64,000 nucleotides of DNA from a virus. Location of the stretch: positions 17,010 through 81,009 of the IMG/VR virus record IMGVR_UViG_3300032093_000070, one strand, 5' to 3'. Position numbers and translations under genes: made by a program. Under the pieces are notes generated by a model. That model did no database searches. It had not been told where the DNA came from and saw only the letters and a program-made list of their open reading frames with translations. Positions 19,934 through 29,178 of this stretch are shown piece by piece; within the stretch, counting starts at the first letter, position 1; the number at the start of each line of letters is the position of its first letter.

Positions 19934-20207
19934 TAGGAATCCTTAATTGGGTTCCCGCTGGGATATCCGTAATGTCTTCTAGCTCTGGGTTGTACTCTGG
20001 AATAATCCACCAGAACTCTGGTTTGCCATAGTACTTAGCCGCAATTTGATCCAAGCGTTCGCCTTTTACATACTCATGAACCCAATAGCGAACTAAACCA
20101 AGGGGTGAAAATTGATAGAACACTACAGGGTTTTCTGCGCCGTCAGGCGTAATAGAAAAGTAATCAACTGTTGAGTATTCGTAGCGAGAGCCTTTAAAGA
20201 TAGCCAT
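19926..20207 (-). CDS. LysM/tail-X-like baseplate protein
   Basis: GERLDQIAAKYYGKPEFWWIIPEYNP...IPAGTQLRIP. Confidence 0.85.
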   Translation of the reverse strand: MAIFKGSRYEYSTVDYFSITPDGAENPVVFYQFSPLGLVRYWVHEYVKGERLDQIAAKYYGKPEFWWIIPEYNPELEDITDIPAGTQLRIPNV

Positions 20208-21343
20208 TACTTGCTAGCTCCTATTCCGGATCCAGAGAAGCATTCAATAGAGATTGAAACTTGTGTTTGAAGCGGGATCATGGTCTCTGTGAACTTAGTA
20301 TGGTTCATAGAAAGGTTAGAGATCCAACCAACATAGGAAAGATTATCTTGCGTAGGTCCAAGTTCTATACCTAGAAGCGTTGGCTGTAAATAACCAATAT
20401 TGGCGGTTACTCTGTTTAGTAGGTTGGTGTAATAGCCGGGTTTGCCATCAGGTCCAATGAATCCCGATCCGTTTACTGCTCTAAATAAATATTCAAGATC
20501 ATAGAGGGTTCCTTGCCGTAGTAAGGCATCCATCTCTGTAGCAAAGTCTTGCTTTAGTTCGTTTGGGTATCTATTGAGGTAGTAGGTTTCAAAAGTTTTT
20601 AAGTCAGAAGTGGTGCCCTGTGAAGCATGCTTGATACAGGCAAAGTCATTAGTTCTATCTAGAAGAAGGTTTAAGCTAACCGTCTCTTGACCTGGAAACA
20701 CACCTGTTACTACACGAAGAGCATCCGCAGCAGACGGGGTGATGTCCATATTTCTAGCAACATTTACAGAGATTGATTCTGGGTTCCATAAGAATTGGAA
20801 AGCATACTTTCTATCTTCTAAGTTAATTTCGCTTCCGCCAACGACTTTTGTGCCAGCAACTTTTTCAGCCGCGGTTACAGTTTCTCCAGTAGATGAGTCA
20901 ATTTGAGTGATGTCGCCAGAGGTGTTCCAGTACCAAATACGACCACGACGAAGACCATGGAAAGATGTTCCAGATCCATTAGCTCCGCTTACTATAGTTG
21001 AATCAACTTCAACTGGTCGTAGCGGGATACTCCACTGATGAGGTGGCAAGTTAAACTTGTAGTCTTTAGGTGAAGCCGTCCAATTATTTTTTGCTGTGGT
21101 AACTACATCATTTGAGTTTGGTTTTTCTTGAGCCTTATCAGCGTCTAATGCCAACAACAAAGCAATATTTCTGTTAGTAAACCCACCTTTTAATCCAGCT
21201 TCAATAAGATCTAGTTCGGTATAGGTTTTACCGTTAAGTACTTTAGTTAAACGCTTATTACCTGTAGAGGTTGAGTTAGTTGAATTAGCGGCAGATGTTT
21301 TTTGGTTGTATGAGCCGTAGTTGGTAGCGTCTAAATATCCCAT
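20207..21343 (-). CDS. putative tail tube initiator
   Basis: FQFLWNPESISV...P...V motif; lies between tape measure and LysM genes. Confidence 0.6.
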   Translation of the reverse strand: MGYLDATNYGSYNQKTSAANSTNSTSTGNKRLTKVLNGKTYTELDLIEAGLKGGFTNRNIALLLALDADKAQEKPNSNDVVTTAKNNWTASPKDYKFNLPPHQWSIPLRPVEVDSTIVSGANGSGTSFHGLRRGRIWYWNTSGDITQIDSSTGETVTAAEKVAGTKVVGGSEINLEDRKYAFQFLWNPESISVNVARNMDITPSAADALRVVTGVFPGQETVSLNLLLDRTNDFACIKHASQGTTSDLKTFETYYLNRYPNELKQDFATEMDALLRQGTLYDLEYLFRAVNGSGFIGPDGKPGYYTNLLNRVTANIGYLQPTLLGIELGPTQDNLSYVGWISNLSMNHTKFTETMIPLQTQVSISIECFSGSGIGASK

Positions 21344-23652
21344 TACTTACTCGCCGCCTTTTCTAGTATCTTCTCATCTGAGAACATCTTCTTAATAGTC
21401 TCAGCAATTTTCTTAGCGTTGTCACCAAGTACATTTATAACTACTCCGCCATAGTTGTGGGTAACCCCGCCAGAGCTTAGGGCGCTTGTCAGCATACCCA
21501 TACCGCCCGCAGCGCTAGCGCCTTGATTAATAAAAGACTTAAGATCTTTTACTTGAGTTGCGTACTGTGGATCTTTAAGAAGTTTATTAACTTCAGCTAG
21601 TGTCTTAGCATCAAGAGATGCAGGATCAACACCAAAGAATGTAGCAACATCTTCAGCGCTTGTGGTTCCTCCACCACCTTTGCCCGTACCCCACTTAGAC
21701 GCGTAAACCGCATCCATAATTCTAGATTTATCTTTTCCGCTGACGATAGCATTAACGATCTTGTCGTAGCCTCGTTCTTTTGCTTTTTCAGTCAGCGTTA
21801 ATACAGTTGCTTCTAGACCTTGATTCCAGCTGGTGTAGTGCCGTACTCCGTGAGATCTTCCAGGTCCTGCATCCATAAGACTTGAGCCAGGTAGAATGCG
21901 AGTAGTGTTAAGTGGGTTGTAGCCAGCAGAGTTATTCCAGTGCCCACCTTCTTGATCCATCCATGATGTAACAGCAGCCATATTAGCGTCTGTTGGCGAT
22001 CCACCTAGCTTTGTGATTAAAGCTCTAGCCCAATCTTGTTTACTTAAATTTGGACCTGTATCTTTTACGCTTCCACCATGGTGCCTAAATGGATTTTTGT
22101 TATCCATATTAGGAATGATTGTTCCATCGGTTTTCGGAATAAATAATTCTGGGCCTTCTTCACCAACAACATAGGGAACCTTATCGCTTACTCCACCACC
22201 AGTAGCTTTTCCTTTAATGCCTAATAGCATCGTTAAGATTTTGGTTAGGAAATCGTTTCCAGATCCCATTAGCGTGGTCACAAAAGCATTTCCGCGAGTA
22301 GCCAACTGTAGAACACCTGTAAATCGATCAAGCATGTTCATGAACTGACCAAGCATCGTCAAGCTTTGAGCCGCTTGTTCATAGCCAATAGCTCCAGCGT
22401 TTGCCACTTGACCAAGTCCTTGAGCGGCAGCGGCATTTCTCTTGCTGAACGCACTAACAGCAGCAGTAGTTCCACCAAACTCTTGAATGTTTTCTTTAGT
22501 AATAGCTCCGCCACCAGTCTTTGCTTTAAACAAAAGACCGTTAGCAACTAACTGTTTTGCCATAGGATCGTTGCCAAAATACATATCAAGCATGGAGTCC
22601 ATAGAGTTACCAGGCTGTAAGCCGATAAGGACTTCGCGCTCAGACGGCTTTCTATCTGAGCCGTAAGCTCGTGCGTAGTCGCGGCAAATCTTTTTCCAGA
22701 GGTCGTCAATGATCTGATCAGGTGGCTTTAGGTTGCCCTGCTCATCACGAAGACGAATACCAATTCCGCGAAGCATGTTTACATTGCGTCCCTGTTGCAT
22801 TGCGCCAAAGGCTCGCATTGATCCTTCGGCACCGATGCCGGGAAGAAGGTTGGATACTTGAGCAACGCCCATACCGACGCTACCAAATTGACCACCAGCT
22901 TGAGTGATGTTAGGCCCAGTGATGCCGTAGCTTTGAGCGGCGACCAAAGATCGCATCGCATCCATCTTGTCAAGAACCGTGCCTTCATAAGACATTCGTT
23001 CTTGTAATTGACGCATACGTTCAAAGTCGTATGTTCCACCAATCATTGGGTTCTCCATGAGAACCTCTTTGCCAGATGTAAGTCTTCTACCGCTAGGACC
23101 AGCAGAGTTAAAGAACGCGGCGCGTTGCATGAGAAGTTGAGCCTCTACTGCATCAGACGCAGAGAACAAAGCTCCGCTTGCTGCGCCGGCAAATAGAGCG
23201 CCCGCAGCAGGGTTTTCTTTTATAAAGTCTGTGAGGTTAGTGCCACCTGTAAATCTGCCACCGCCACCACCGCCTGTAGTGGAAATATCAGGAGTATATG
23301 CAACTACTGTCCCACCTCGACTGTATGGGACCATGCCACCGCCACCGCCAGTAAGAGCAGGTGGTTGAGCGCCTCCGCCTCCACCTCCACCTATTGCGGC
23401 TTGACCTGCTGGTGGAGTAAATTCTGGATCCGGTGCAACTTGATTTGAGCTTCCACCAATTCCACCACCGCCACCGCCCATCTTGATGCTAGACATAGCA
23501 TCTCTAAAGCGTTGGGCAGATGTGGTGGCGTCTTGAAGCTCTTGCTTAAAAAGTCTAAATTCTTGACGAGCATCAACTATGCCGTTTTTGAGGTCAACAA
23601 TAAAAGACGCTCGGGTTGATCCACCTAGCCCCAAACGATCTTTGCTATCCAT
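21343..23652 (-). CDS. tape measure protein with C-terminal putative muramidase domain
   Basis: Ala/Gly-rich helical protein after the chaperone; YVVGEEGPELFIP motif; WMDQEGG...YNPLNTT. Confidence 0.8.
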   Translation of the reverse strand: MDSKDRLGLGGSTRASFIVDLKNGIVDARQEFRLFKQELQDATTSAQRFRDAMSSIKMGGGGGGIGGSSNQVAPDPEFTPPAGQAAIGGGGGGGAQPPALTGGGGGMVPYSRGGTVVAYTPDISTTGGGGGGRFTGGTNLTDFIKENPAAGALFAGAASGALFSASDAVEAQLLMQRAAFFNSAGPSGRRLTSGKEVLMENPMIGGTYDFERMRQLQERMSYEGTVLDKMDAMRSLVAAQSYGITGPNITQAGGQFGSVGMGVAQVSNLLPGIGAEGSMRAFGAMQQGRNVNMLRGIGIRLRDEQGNLKPPDQIIDDLWKKICRDYARAYGSDRKPSEREVLIGLQPGNSMDSMLDMYFGNDPMAKQLVANGLLFKAKTGGGAITKENIQEFGGTTAAVSAFSKRNAAAAQGLGQVANAGAIGYEQAAQSLTMLGQFMNMLDRFTGVLQLATRGNAFVTTLMGSGNDFLTKILTMLLGIKGKATGGGVSDKVPYVVGEEGPELFIPKTDGTIIPNMDNKNPFRHHGGSVKDTGPNLSKQDWARALITKLGGSPTDANMAAVTSWMDQEGGHWNNSAGYNPLNTTRILPGSSLMDAGPGRSHGVRHYTSWNQGLEATVLTLTEKAKERGYDKIVNAIVSGKDKSRIMDAVYASKWGTGKGGGGTTSAEDVATFFGVDPASLDAKTLAEVNKLLKDPQYATQVKDLKSFINQGASAAGGMGMLTSALSSGGVTHNYGGVVINVLGDNAKKIAETIKKMFSDEKILEKAASK

Positions 23653-23816
23653 CAGCTAATTCCTCTTCTGCTATAACGTTGCGCTCGGTCTAACCAGTTG
23701 AGGCGCTCTCTATAAGAAAGCTTCCTAATCTCCGATAGCGTCCATCCGCTAAAGGTTCTAGTTAGAACTTCGTATTGGTTAAGAAGATGTTCGTAGTCTT
23801 GCTTGCTATAAGCGAA
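23652..23816 (-). CDS. start-less +1 reading frame (54 codons) that would extend the tail assembly chaperone
   Basis: FAYSKQDYEHLLNQYEVLTRTFSGWTLSEIRKLSYRERLNWLDRAQRYSRRGIS*; no ATG/GTG/TTG in frame; its TGA overlaps the tape measure ATG. Confidence 0.7.
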   Translation of the reverse strand, partial: FAYSKQDYEHLLNQYEVLTRTFSGWTLSEIRKLSYRERLNWLDRAQRYSRRGIS

Positions 23817-24597
23817 ACAAGTCGGTCAAACTTAACGGTAGAGGAATATCCTCACCGCATGCCTGACAAGTCTTCTTCACCTCCCCAAGGCGTGGGCCTG
23901 GGTTACGGTTCAGGATCTCATCAATAATCTTGTTTCGATCTGCCATACCAAGTGATAAAGCAGTTCGAGCGCCTACTGATGGAGCCCCGTTAATAGATGT
24001 AATGCAACCAGAAAGAAGAATGGTGTTTACCTCAGCGGCTGTCTTATCAATATTGTCCATAAGTTTCTTTTGAACAATACCGTTAGGTAGCGCTACGGTT
24101 ACGGTGCCCTTCTTTGTTTCTACAACCCAGTTTCGGTCATTGACCGCATCCTTTAGTTCCTTTGATGGAACATCAGTTAGCAGGTCAATTACTACCTGTT
24201 GTTGCTGGCTGCAATTACCGCATCTAACTGTCACATTCAGCTCACTGCCAAATGTAATAGTCCTGATGCCTATGAGAATTGCATCTCTGTCGCCGGATAG
24301 TAGCTGGTCTAGGTGATCCCGAGTTACCTCTTCGTTTCCAATTTTAACTAAACCGCGTTCCAGTAAAGCGTTGAGCGCTTTAGCTGTTGACCCGGTTCTT
24401 GAAACAATCTCCTCGTCCTCTCCGTTTAGTTCTCTAACTTCAGCGGTGCGAACAACACCGCTTGGGGTTAGGTAACCACCCGGTAAAGTTACTTCGGAGT
24501 CGGATGGAGCCCGAGTTGTTACTTCTGCCTCGGGCTCCTCCAGAGCCTTCTTTGCGTATTGATTAACTAGTTCCGCATCAGTAATGATTTCAGTCAC
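23806..24597 (-). CDS. tail assembly chaperone (T4 gp26-like)
   Basis: Between tail tube and tape measure; VRELNGEDE, GDRDAILIGIR..TFG, CGNC and CQAC. Confidence 0.75.
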   Translation of the reverse strand: MTEIITDAELVNQYAKKALEEPEAEVTTRAPSDSEVTLPGGYLTPSGVVRTAEVRELNGEDEEIVSRTGSTAKALNALLERGLVKIGNEEVTRDHLDQLLSGDRDAILIGIRTITFGSELNVTVRCGNCSQQQQVVIDLLTDVPSKELKDAVNDRNWVVETKKGTVTVALPNGIVQKKLMDNIDKTAAEVNTILLSGCITSINGAPSVGARTALSLGMADRNKIIDEILNRNPGPRLGEVKKTCQACGEDIPLPLSLTDLFRL

Positions 24598-24639
24598 GGT
24601 TTATTACTCCCTATTGTTTGGTTATTACGCTTGTACTAC

Positions 24640-25284
24640 TTATCCCTTTGCTCCACCTTCGACTGGTGTAAAGCCTGTATCAGTAAAGAATACTGACAAA
24701 CCTTCGTGCACCAAGCTCATGGATTCAAACAAGATTGCTCCATCGTTAGCATTTAGATCGGTGTAGTTTAATCCACTGATCCAAGCGTTGTGTACTTTGA
24801 AGCCCATGCGAGGGACATTTGCATCTGTAGGTCCAGCGTTTGGATGATCCATAACCCAGATCTTTAGATTGACGCGGAAGGTTTTCTTTTCGGCTAAGCC
24901 TACTTTTAGACCATCACCAGCAGCCGCAGCAAACAAACCACGCATCCATGTGATTGCTTGGTCGTTTCCGTATAGGACGCCGCGTTGCATTGTGATTGGG
25001 CTGAAAGTGGTCATACCAGGTACTTGATGTACGGTGGTGTTGTAGCCGCCTTCACGGTATTGAATTGATTGAGTGGTGATGTTAAGACCACTGATATTTG
25101 TAAAGCCTCCTGCCCAGCCTACTGACTTACCAGAAGTGCTAGCTGCCGCATCTGATGACTTAATACGATCATCAAATACAGTTTCTCCGTTACGGCCAAC
25201 TACTTCGAATTCAACATAGAATCGAAACGAGCGTAACGGATCTGTCGCTAGGGTAGAGAAGCGATTGATTGTTGTGTTTGGCAT
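24640..25284 (-). CDS. tail tube protein (T4 gp19-like)
   Basis: DPLRSFRF, GFTNISGL, YREGG, PITMQRG, NAW, ESMSLVHEG. Confidence 0.9.
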   Translation of the reverse strand: MPNTTINRFSTLATDPLRSFRFYVEFEVVGRNGETVFDDRIKSSDAAASTSGKSVGWAGGFTNISGLNITTQSIQYREGGYNTTVHQVPGMTTFSPITMQRGVLYGNDQAITWMRGLFAAAAGDGLKVGLAEKKTFRVNLKIWVMDHPNAGPTDANVPRMGFKVHNAWISGLNYTDLNANDGAILFESMSLVHEGLSVFFTDTGFTPVEGGAKG

Positions 25285-25299
25285 GTGTGATTATCTCCT

Positions 25300-26793
25300 T
25301 TACGCCACAGTAACGGTGGTTCCACCGTCAAATTGACCGATCTTGATAACAACAAATTCAGCTGGACGCTGTAGTGCCACACCAACTTCGATATGGACTT
25401 CTCCATTATCAATAGATGCTTGTGGGTTATTTGTTGCATCAACCTTAACAAAGAACGCCTGTTGCGGGGTCGCTCCACGAAGACCGCCCTGTGACCAGAA
25501 GCCTGTTAAGAATCCGCTGACAGTCGCGTTGATACGACGCCATAGAGCCTCATCGTTTGGCTCAAAGATCGCAAACTCTGTGAGATCTGTGAGTGCCTTA
25601 CGGAGGTAAATAAGAGTTCTGCGTACTGGAACATACTTGTCAACATATCCAGTCTTAAGAGTGCGTGAACCCATAACGACAATGCCTGATCCTGGAACAT
25701 ACTTAATTGCGTTAACTGGGGCTGCTGCTGAGTTCAAGCTATCTAGCTCTGTATTAGTAAGTGTTGCCACTGAAACTGCTCCAGCAACTCTGGTTTGTAG
25801 TCCTGCTGGCGCTTTGAAGACACCGCGAGAAGCATCAGTAGTTGAATAAATACCTACTAAAGCTGCTCCAGCACCTACGGTTTTTGTTTGACCGCTTGCT
25901 CCTCCAACACCAACTGTTGGGTCAGAGATAACGAGAGGTGGGTAGTAAACCGCGGCGTATGAGGTTGGTGTGTATGTTGCAGCAAGTGTCAAAGCATCTG
26001 CCGCAGTAGCACTAGTTGAGTCAATAACAACAAAGACATCATCTCTGCTTTCAGCGTATGAGATAGCAGCGTTGATAGTAGTTGCAGCGGTTACGCCGGG
26101 AACATTGAGAATCAAAGACTGATTAATTACATCAAATCCAGAGAAGTCTGTAATGTTTCCAACGGTAGATCCGTTAGCACCAGTGCTTAGGGCTTGGTTA
26201 GTTACAACAGATGGGTTTCTATCAGAACCTGTAGTAGCAGATCCTAGATCTGTTGCTGTTACATATACCGAACCAGCATTAATAACTGAAACTGCAAAAC
26301 GAGTATCTGTAGGGGTCATGCTTAGATCAGTAAACTTCTCTACAATTTCAGCATCAGTGTTTCCACCGTAATAAACAGTAAGATCAAACTTACCTGTTGT
26401 TAGAGAGTTAGAGATAGTAACGTTAATGCTGTTACCCCATGTACCCTCGTTTTTAGAATTAAGGCGAAGCGTTGCCAAAGGCGTTCCAGCACGATCGTTG
26501 AAAGTACGGACTGCGGTTGCGGCTCCAGCTCCTACGACACGCTTAACATAAGCGCGGCTTCCTCCGTTTGCGAAGAACATATAAACACCTAGTGGCAAGT
26601 TATTGCTTGCGGTGGTGTTCCATGTTCCAAACAGATTTGTGTACTGGCTCCACGATGTAACCAGTGTTGGTGTAGTAGGTCCACGATCGTTAGTGCCGAT
26701 GAAAGCACCAACTGAATCGGAGTTAGGCCCTACTGTTGATTGAATAGGATTTAGTACTTCTTGTACATAAACCCCAGGGCGTTGAAATGCCAT
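25300..26793 (-). CDS. contractile tail sheath protein
   Basis: RPGVYVQE, FFANGG, RGVFKAPAG, YVPVRR, FEPND, PAEFVVI. Confidence 0.95.
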   Translation of the reverse strand: MAFQRPGVYVQEVLNPIQSTVGPNSDSVGAFIGTNDRGPTTPTLVTSWSQYTNLFGTWNTTASNNLPLGVYMFFANGGSRAYVKRVVGAGAATAVRTFNDRAGTPLATLRLNSKNEGTWGNSINVTISNSLTTGKFDLTVYYGGNTDAEIVEKFTDLSMTPTDTRFAVSVINAGSVYVTATDLGSATTGSDRNPSVVTNQALSTGANGSTVGNITDFSGFDVINQSLILNVPGVTAATTINAAISYAESRDDVFVVIDSTSATAADALTLAATYTPTSYAAVYYPPLVISDPTVGVGGASGQTKTVGAGAALVGIYSTTDASRGVFKAPAGLQTRVAGAVSVATLTNTELDSLNSAAAPVNAIKYVPGSGIVVMGSRTLKTGYVDKYVPVRRTLIYLRKALTDLTEFAIFEPNDEALWRRINATVSGFLTGFWSQGGLRGATPQQAFFVKVDATNNPQASIDNGEVHIEVGVALQRPAEFVVIKIGQFDGGTTVTVA

Positions 26794-26831
26794 TAGTTTA
26801 TCTCCTTAGTTTTAAACAGAGTACCCATGTA

Positions 26832-27455
26832 TTAGACCATCTCGTATCCAGTAGGGGGAGTCGTCTTATCCAGAAAGACTTCATCAACAATTGGAGTTGC
26901 GGTGACTGCCACATAAGGTGACATCTCACTTATCACTCTGACTGTTAATGCGTTGCGAAGAATACGACGGGCTCCGCCAGTATCCTCCTCAACTCCGTCT
27001 AGTTTTGTATATCCATCAAGGAACATACTTCGGTATGCCGTCTCAGTACCTAACTGATTTGGCACAGCTAGCTTGCCGTACTTTGATGGAAACTTTTGTA
27101 GTAGTTGAATTAATAAAGCTCTATCGTGGCGTGGATGGCGCGAGTGTGAAGTAACTTGATACACAATGTCATATGCCACTGGGACATCATAGGTGTAAAT
27201 CAGCGATCCACTTGCTGCGATTGTTCCTTGATAGTCTGCGTCAGAGAGGCGACCTTGGATCTGTCGATCATTTGCTGGAACGATATCTAAAAGATCAATG
27301 GTGACAAAAGGAAACTTTTGGTCACGTATTTCTACATCTGGGTACCCAAACCACACTTGAACAGGTCTTCCCATATTTTTTTCATCAGAGACCGTCATAC
27401 CAGCTAGGTAGGTTTTCAAGGCTAGGTCTTCAGCAATAACAAATGGATTAGGCAT
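26832..27455 (-). CDS. putative tail terminator/sheath stabiliser
   Basis: Directly upstream of the sheath; PVAYDIVYQV motif. Confidence 0.55.
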   Translation of the reverse strand: MPNPFVIAEDLALKTYLAGMTVSDEKNMGRPVQVWFGYPDVEIRDQKFPFVTIDLLDIVPANDRQIQGRLSDADYQGTIAASGSLIYTYDVPVAYDIVYQVTSHSRHPRHDRALLIQLLQKFPSKYGKLAVPNQLGTETAYRSMFLDGYTKLDGVEEDTGGARRILRNALTVRVISEMSPYVAVTATPIVDEVFLDKTTPPTGYEMV

Positions 27456-27786
27456 ATATCTCCTCTAGGTTAAAGAGGTTGGACGCGACATGATCTTTAT
27501 AAAACTCTTTAATCAACGGCTGGATCTTGTAGATGAAAGATCTCAATACCGAGTTAGGTACCTGCCCAGTTTTTCCGTACTCCAGATCCTGGACTATTTG
27601 AGCTACCTCTTCTGGGTAGTCAATGTAAAGGGAAGCGCCATCAAAGGAAACCGTCAGTTGTTTAATTACTCGAGCCGGCCAGTTAGAGGCTAGGGCTAGG
27701 GACTGAAGCTCGTCAGTCAATACGGGGATTAGGTAGAAGGCAGCGTCAGAGACAGTCGCGTCTACTTCATTTGTTTCTGCGATCAC
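27448..27786 (-). CDS. hypothetical neck/tail completion protein
   Basis: LEYG motif; position. Confidence 0.5.
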   Translation of the reverse strand: MIAETNEVDATVSDAAFYLIPVLTDELQSLALASNWPARVIKQLTVSFDGASLYIDYPEEVAQIVQDLEYGKTGQVPNSVLRSFIYKIQPLIKEFYKDHVASNLFNLEEIYA

Positions 27787-27937
27787 GCTTCAAAGCCTTC
27801 CCTACTACATATGCCCCTAATGCGCCGTAGAAAAGTTTTGTGCTGTCGTCCTTGTCAGGAAGGTTCTTTGCTATCTCTCTAGCAAACAGAACTTGATCAG
27901 GCTTATCTACTTTTGGTTGGTTCGGTAAACCAAACAT
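27767..27937 (-). CDS. hypothetical protein, 56 aa (not in the ORF track)
   Basis: MFGLPNQPKVDKPDQVLFAREIAKNLPDKDDSTKLFYGALGAYVVGKALKRDRRNK; AAGGAG SD. Confidence 0.65.
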   Translation of the reverse strand: MFGLPNQPKVDKPDQVLFAREIAKNLPDKDDSTKLFYGALGAYVVGKALKRDRRNK

Positions 27938-28022
27938 CGCAGTCTCCTTGTGGAGTAGGGCACGTGTACAGCGCAGGGGTAGAACTTTGATTCCCGCATG
28001 GAATCAAAAATAGTATAAAGGC

Positions 28023-28044
28023 AAAAGCCCCCTTTCGGGGGCTT
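28023..28044 (-). terminator. intrinsic terminator
   Basis: AAGCCCCC-GAAA-GGGGGCTTTT just after the Lys-rich ORF array. Confidence 0.85.
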
Positions 28045-28048
28045 AGCC

Positions 28049-28309
28049 TTACTTCTTTTCTTTCTTCTTTTCGGCTTTTTCTTCAGCCTTTTCTTTTGCC
28101 TTGACCTTCTTGATAATCGCATCGTCCTTCTTGCGATCCTCAGCTATGGTCTTTGGCTTCTTCTTTTTGCCGTGGGCTTTGTCCAGTTTTTCGAACATAG
28201 CCTTATCGTCCTTGTCTTTGATGCCGGCTTTTTTCATAAGGCGGGCATCCATCTTTTCGTCCTTAGACTTTGTGTATTTGCCCTTCATGAAGCTAGGGGT
28301 CTTGGACAT
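28049..28309 (-). CDS. Lys-rich small protein (86 aa)
   Basis: ORF track; ATG overlaps the upstream TGA. Confidence 0.75.
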   Translation of the reverse strand: MSKTPSFMKGKYTKSKDEKMDARLMKKAGIKDKDDKAMFEKLDKAHGKKKKPKTIAEDRKKDDAIIKKVKAKEKAEEKAEKKKEKK

Positions 28310-28368
28310 CAGTGCTTTCCCTTACAAACTTTGCAGGAGCACTTGCAGTTATCTTTCTTGCAGCCCAT
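28309..28368 (-). CDS. 19-aa Cys/Lys micropeptide MGCKKDNCKCSCKVCKGKH
   Basis: Fills the gap exactly, with TAATG overlap at its start and TGATG overlap at its end. Confidence 0.65.
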   Translation of the reverse strand: MGCKKDNCKCSCKVCKGKH

Positions 28369-28496
28369 TATTTTTTACCCTTCTTCTTGTCTTTTACAGG
28401 CGCACCCTTCTTTGCAGCAAACTTCTTGTTCGCCGCTTTGAGGGTCTTCATCCCGTGCTTGTCCTTGGGACGGCCACAACCGCAGGTCGCGCACAT
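28368..28496 (-). CDS. 42-aa Lys-rich protein with N-terminal MCATCGC
   Basis: MCATCGCGRPKDKHGMKTLKAANKKFAAKKGAPVKDKKKGKK; TAATG overlap at both ends. Confidence 0.7.
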   Translation of the reverse strand: MCATCGCGRPKDKHGMKTLKAANKKFAAKKGAPVKDKKKGKK

Positions 28497-28657
28497 TACT
28501 TCTTCTTCTTTGCACGAAGAGCAGCGAAGTCTGATCCTTCTAACTTGCCGTTCTTGTTTGTATCAAGTTTCTTTTGCTTAGAAGATAATCCCTTTGTTGC
28601 TGCCTTCTTAGCTGGGGCTTTCTTCTTGTTACCCATGCAACCACATGTAGCGCACAT
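28496..28657 (-). CDS. 53-aa Lys-rich protein with MCATCGC and an EF-hand-like loop
   Basis: MCATCGCMGNKKKAPAKKAATKGLSSKQKKLDTNKNGKLEGSDFAALRAKKKK; TAATG overlaps. Confidence 0.7.
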   Translation of the reverse strand: MCATCGCMGNKKKAPAKKAATKGLSSKQKKLDTNKNGKLEGSDFAALRAKKKK

Positions 28658-28803
28658 TACTTCTTACCTGCTTTCTGTTTCTTGGGTTTTGCGACTTTGT
28701 TCTTGCCGGATCCTTCTGGGACACAGTTAGGAACCTTCTTGCCATTTTTCATTTTAAAACCAACTTGGACATAGCCGTCCCAGCATGGACCTTGCTTTGC
28801 CAT
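28657..28803 (-). CDS. 48-aa Lys-rich protein (CWDGY...VPNCVP motif)
   Basis: MAKQGPCWDGYVQVGFKMKNGKKVPNCVPEGSGKNKVAKPKKQKAGKK; TAATG overlaps. Confidence 0.7.
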   Translation of the reverse strand: MAKQGPCWDGYVQVGFKMKNGKKVPNCVPEGSGKNKVAKPKKQKAGKK

Positions 28804-29012
28804 TATTTCTCCTTCTTATGCGGATTCTTTTTGTGCCAGTCCTTGACGGCTTTGACGCCTTCTTTGACTGTTTTAGATCCACCTTTTTTAGTGAGGTTAA
28901 TCTTATCCCACTTGCCAGCCTTTGCCTTGGCTTCGTGGTCTACAACAACATCGCCCTTTTTGTTTTTCTTGACGGTGTGTTTAACCCCAGCAACTTTCAA
29001 GGTCTTTGCCAT
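28803..29012 (-). CDS. 69-aa Lys-rich protein
   Basis: ORF track; TAATG overlaps. Confidence 0.75.
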   Translation of the reverse strand: MAKTLKVAGVKHTVKKNKKGDVVVDHEAKAKAGKWDKINLTKKGGSKTVKEGVKAVKDWHKKNPHKKEK

Positions 29013-29176
29013 TACGAGCTCTTTCTATAGCGGATAGTGGCTTTAGGTTTGCGGATAATTCCGCCAGCTTTTTTTCGGGATTTAGCGCCGCCAGTTTTGT
29101 ATTTGCTACCAGTCAAGGCAACATCTACAGACTTCTTTGGGTCCTTTCCCGCGGTTTGACCGATTCTCTTAGGCAT
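29012..29176 (-). CDS. 54-aa Lys/Arg-rich protein
   Basis: MPKRIGQTAGKDPKKSVDVALTGSKYKTGGAKSRKKAGGIIRKPKATIRYRKSS. Confidence 0.7.
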   Translation of the reverse strand: MPKRIGQTAGKDPKKSVDVALTGSKYKTGGAKSRKKAGGIIRKPKATIRYRKSS

Positions 29177-29178
29177 AG

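Noticed and set aside
17512-26793. Sheath/tube/gp25/baseplate cluster as a stand-alone contractile injection system or tailocin
   Set aside because: Capsid, portal, terminase and replication genes are contiguous, so it is a phage tail
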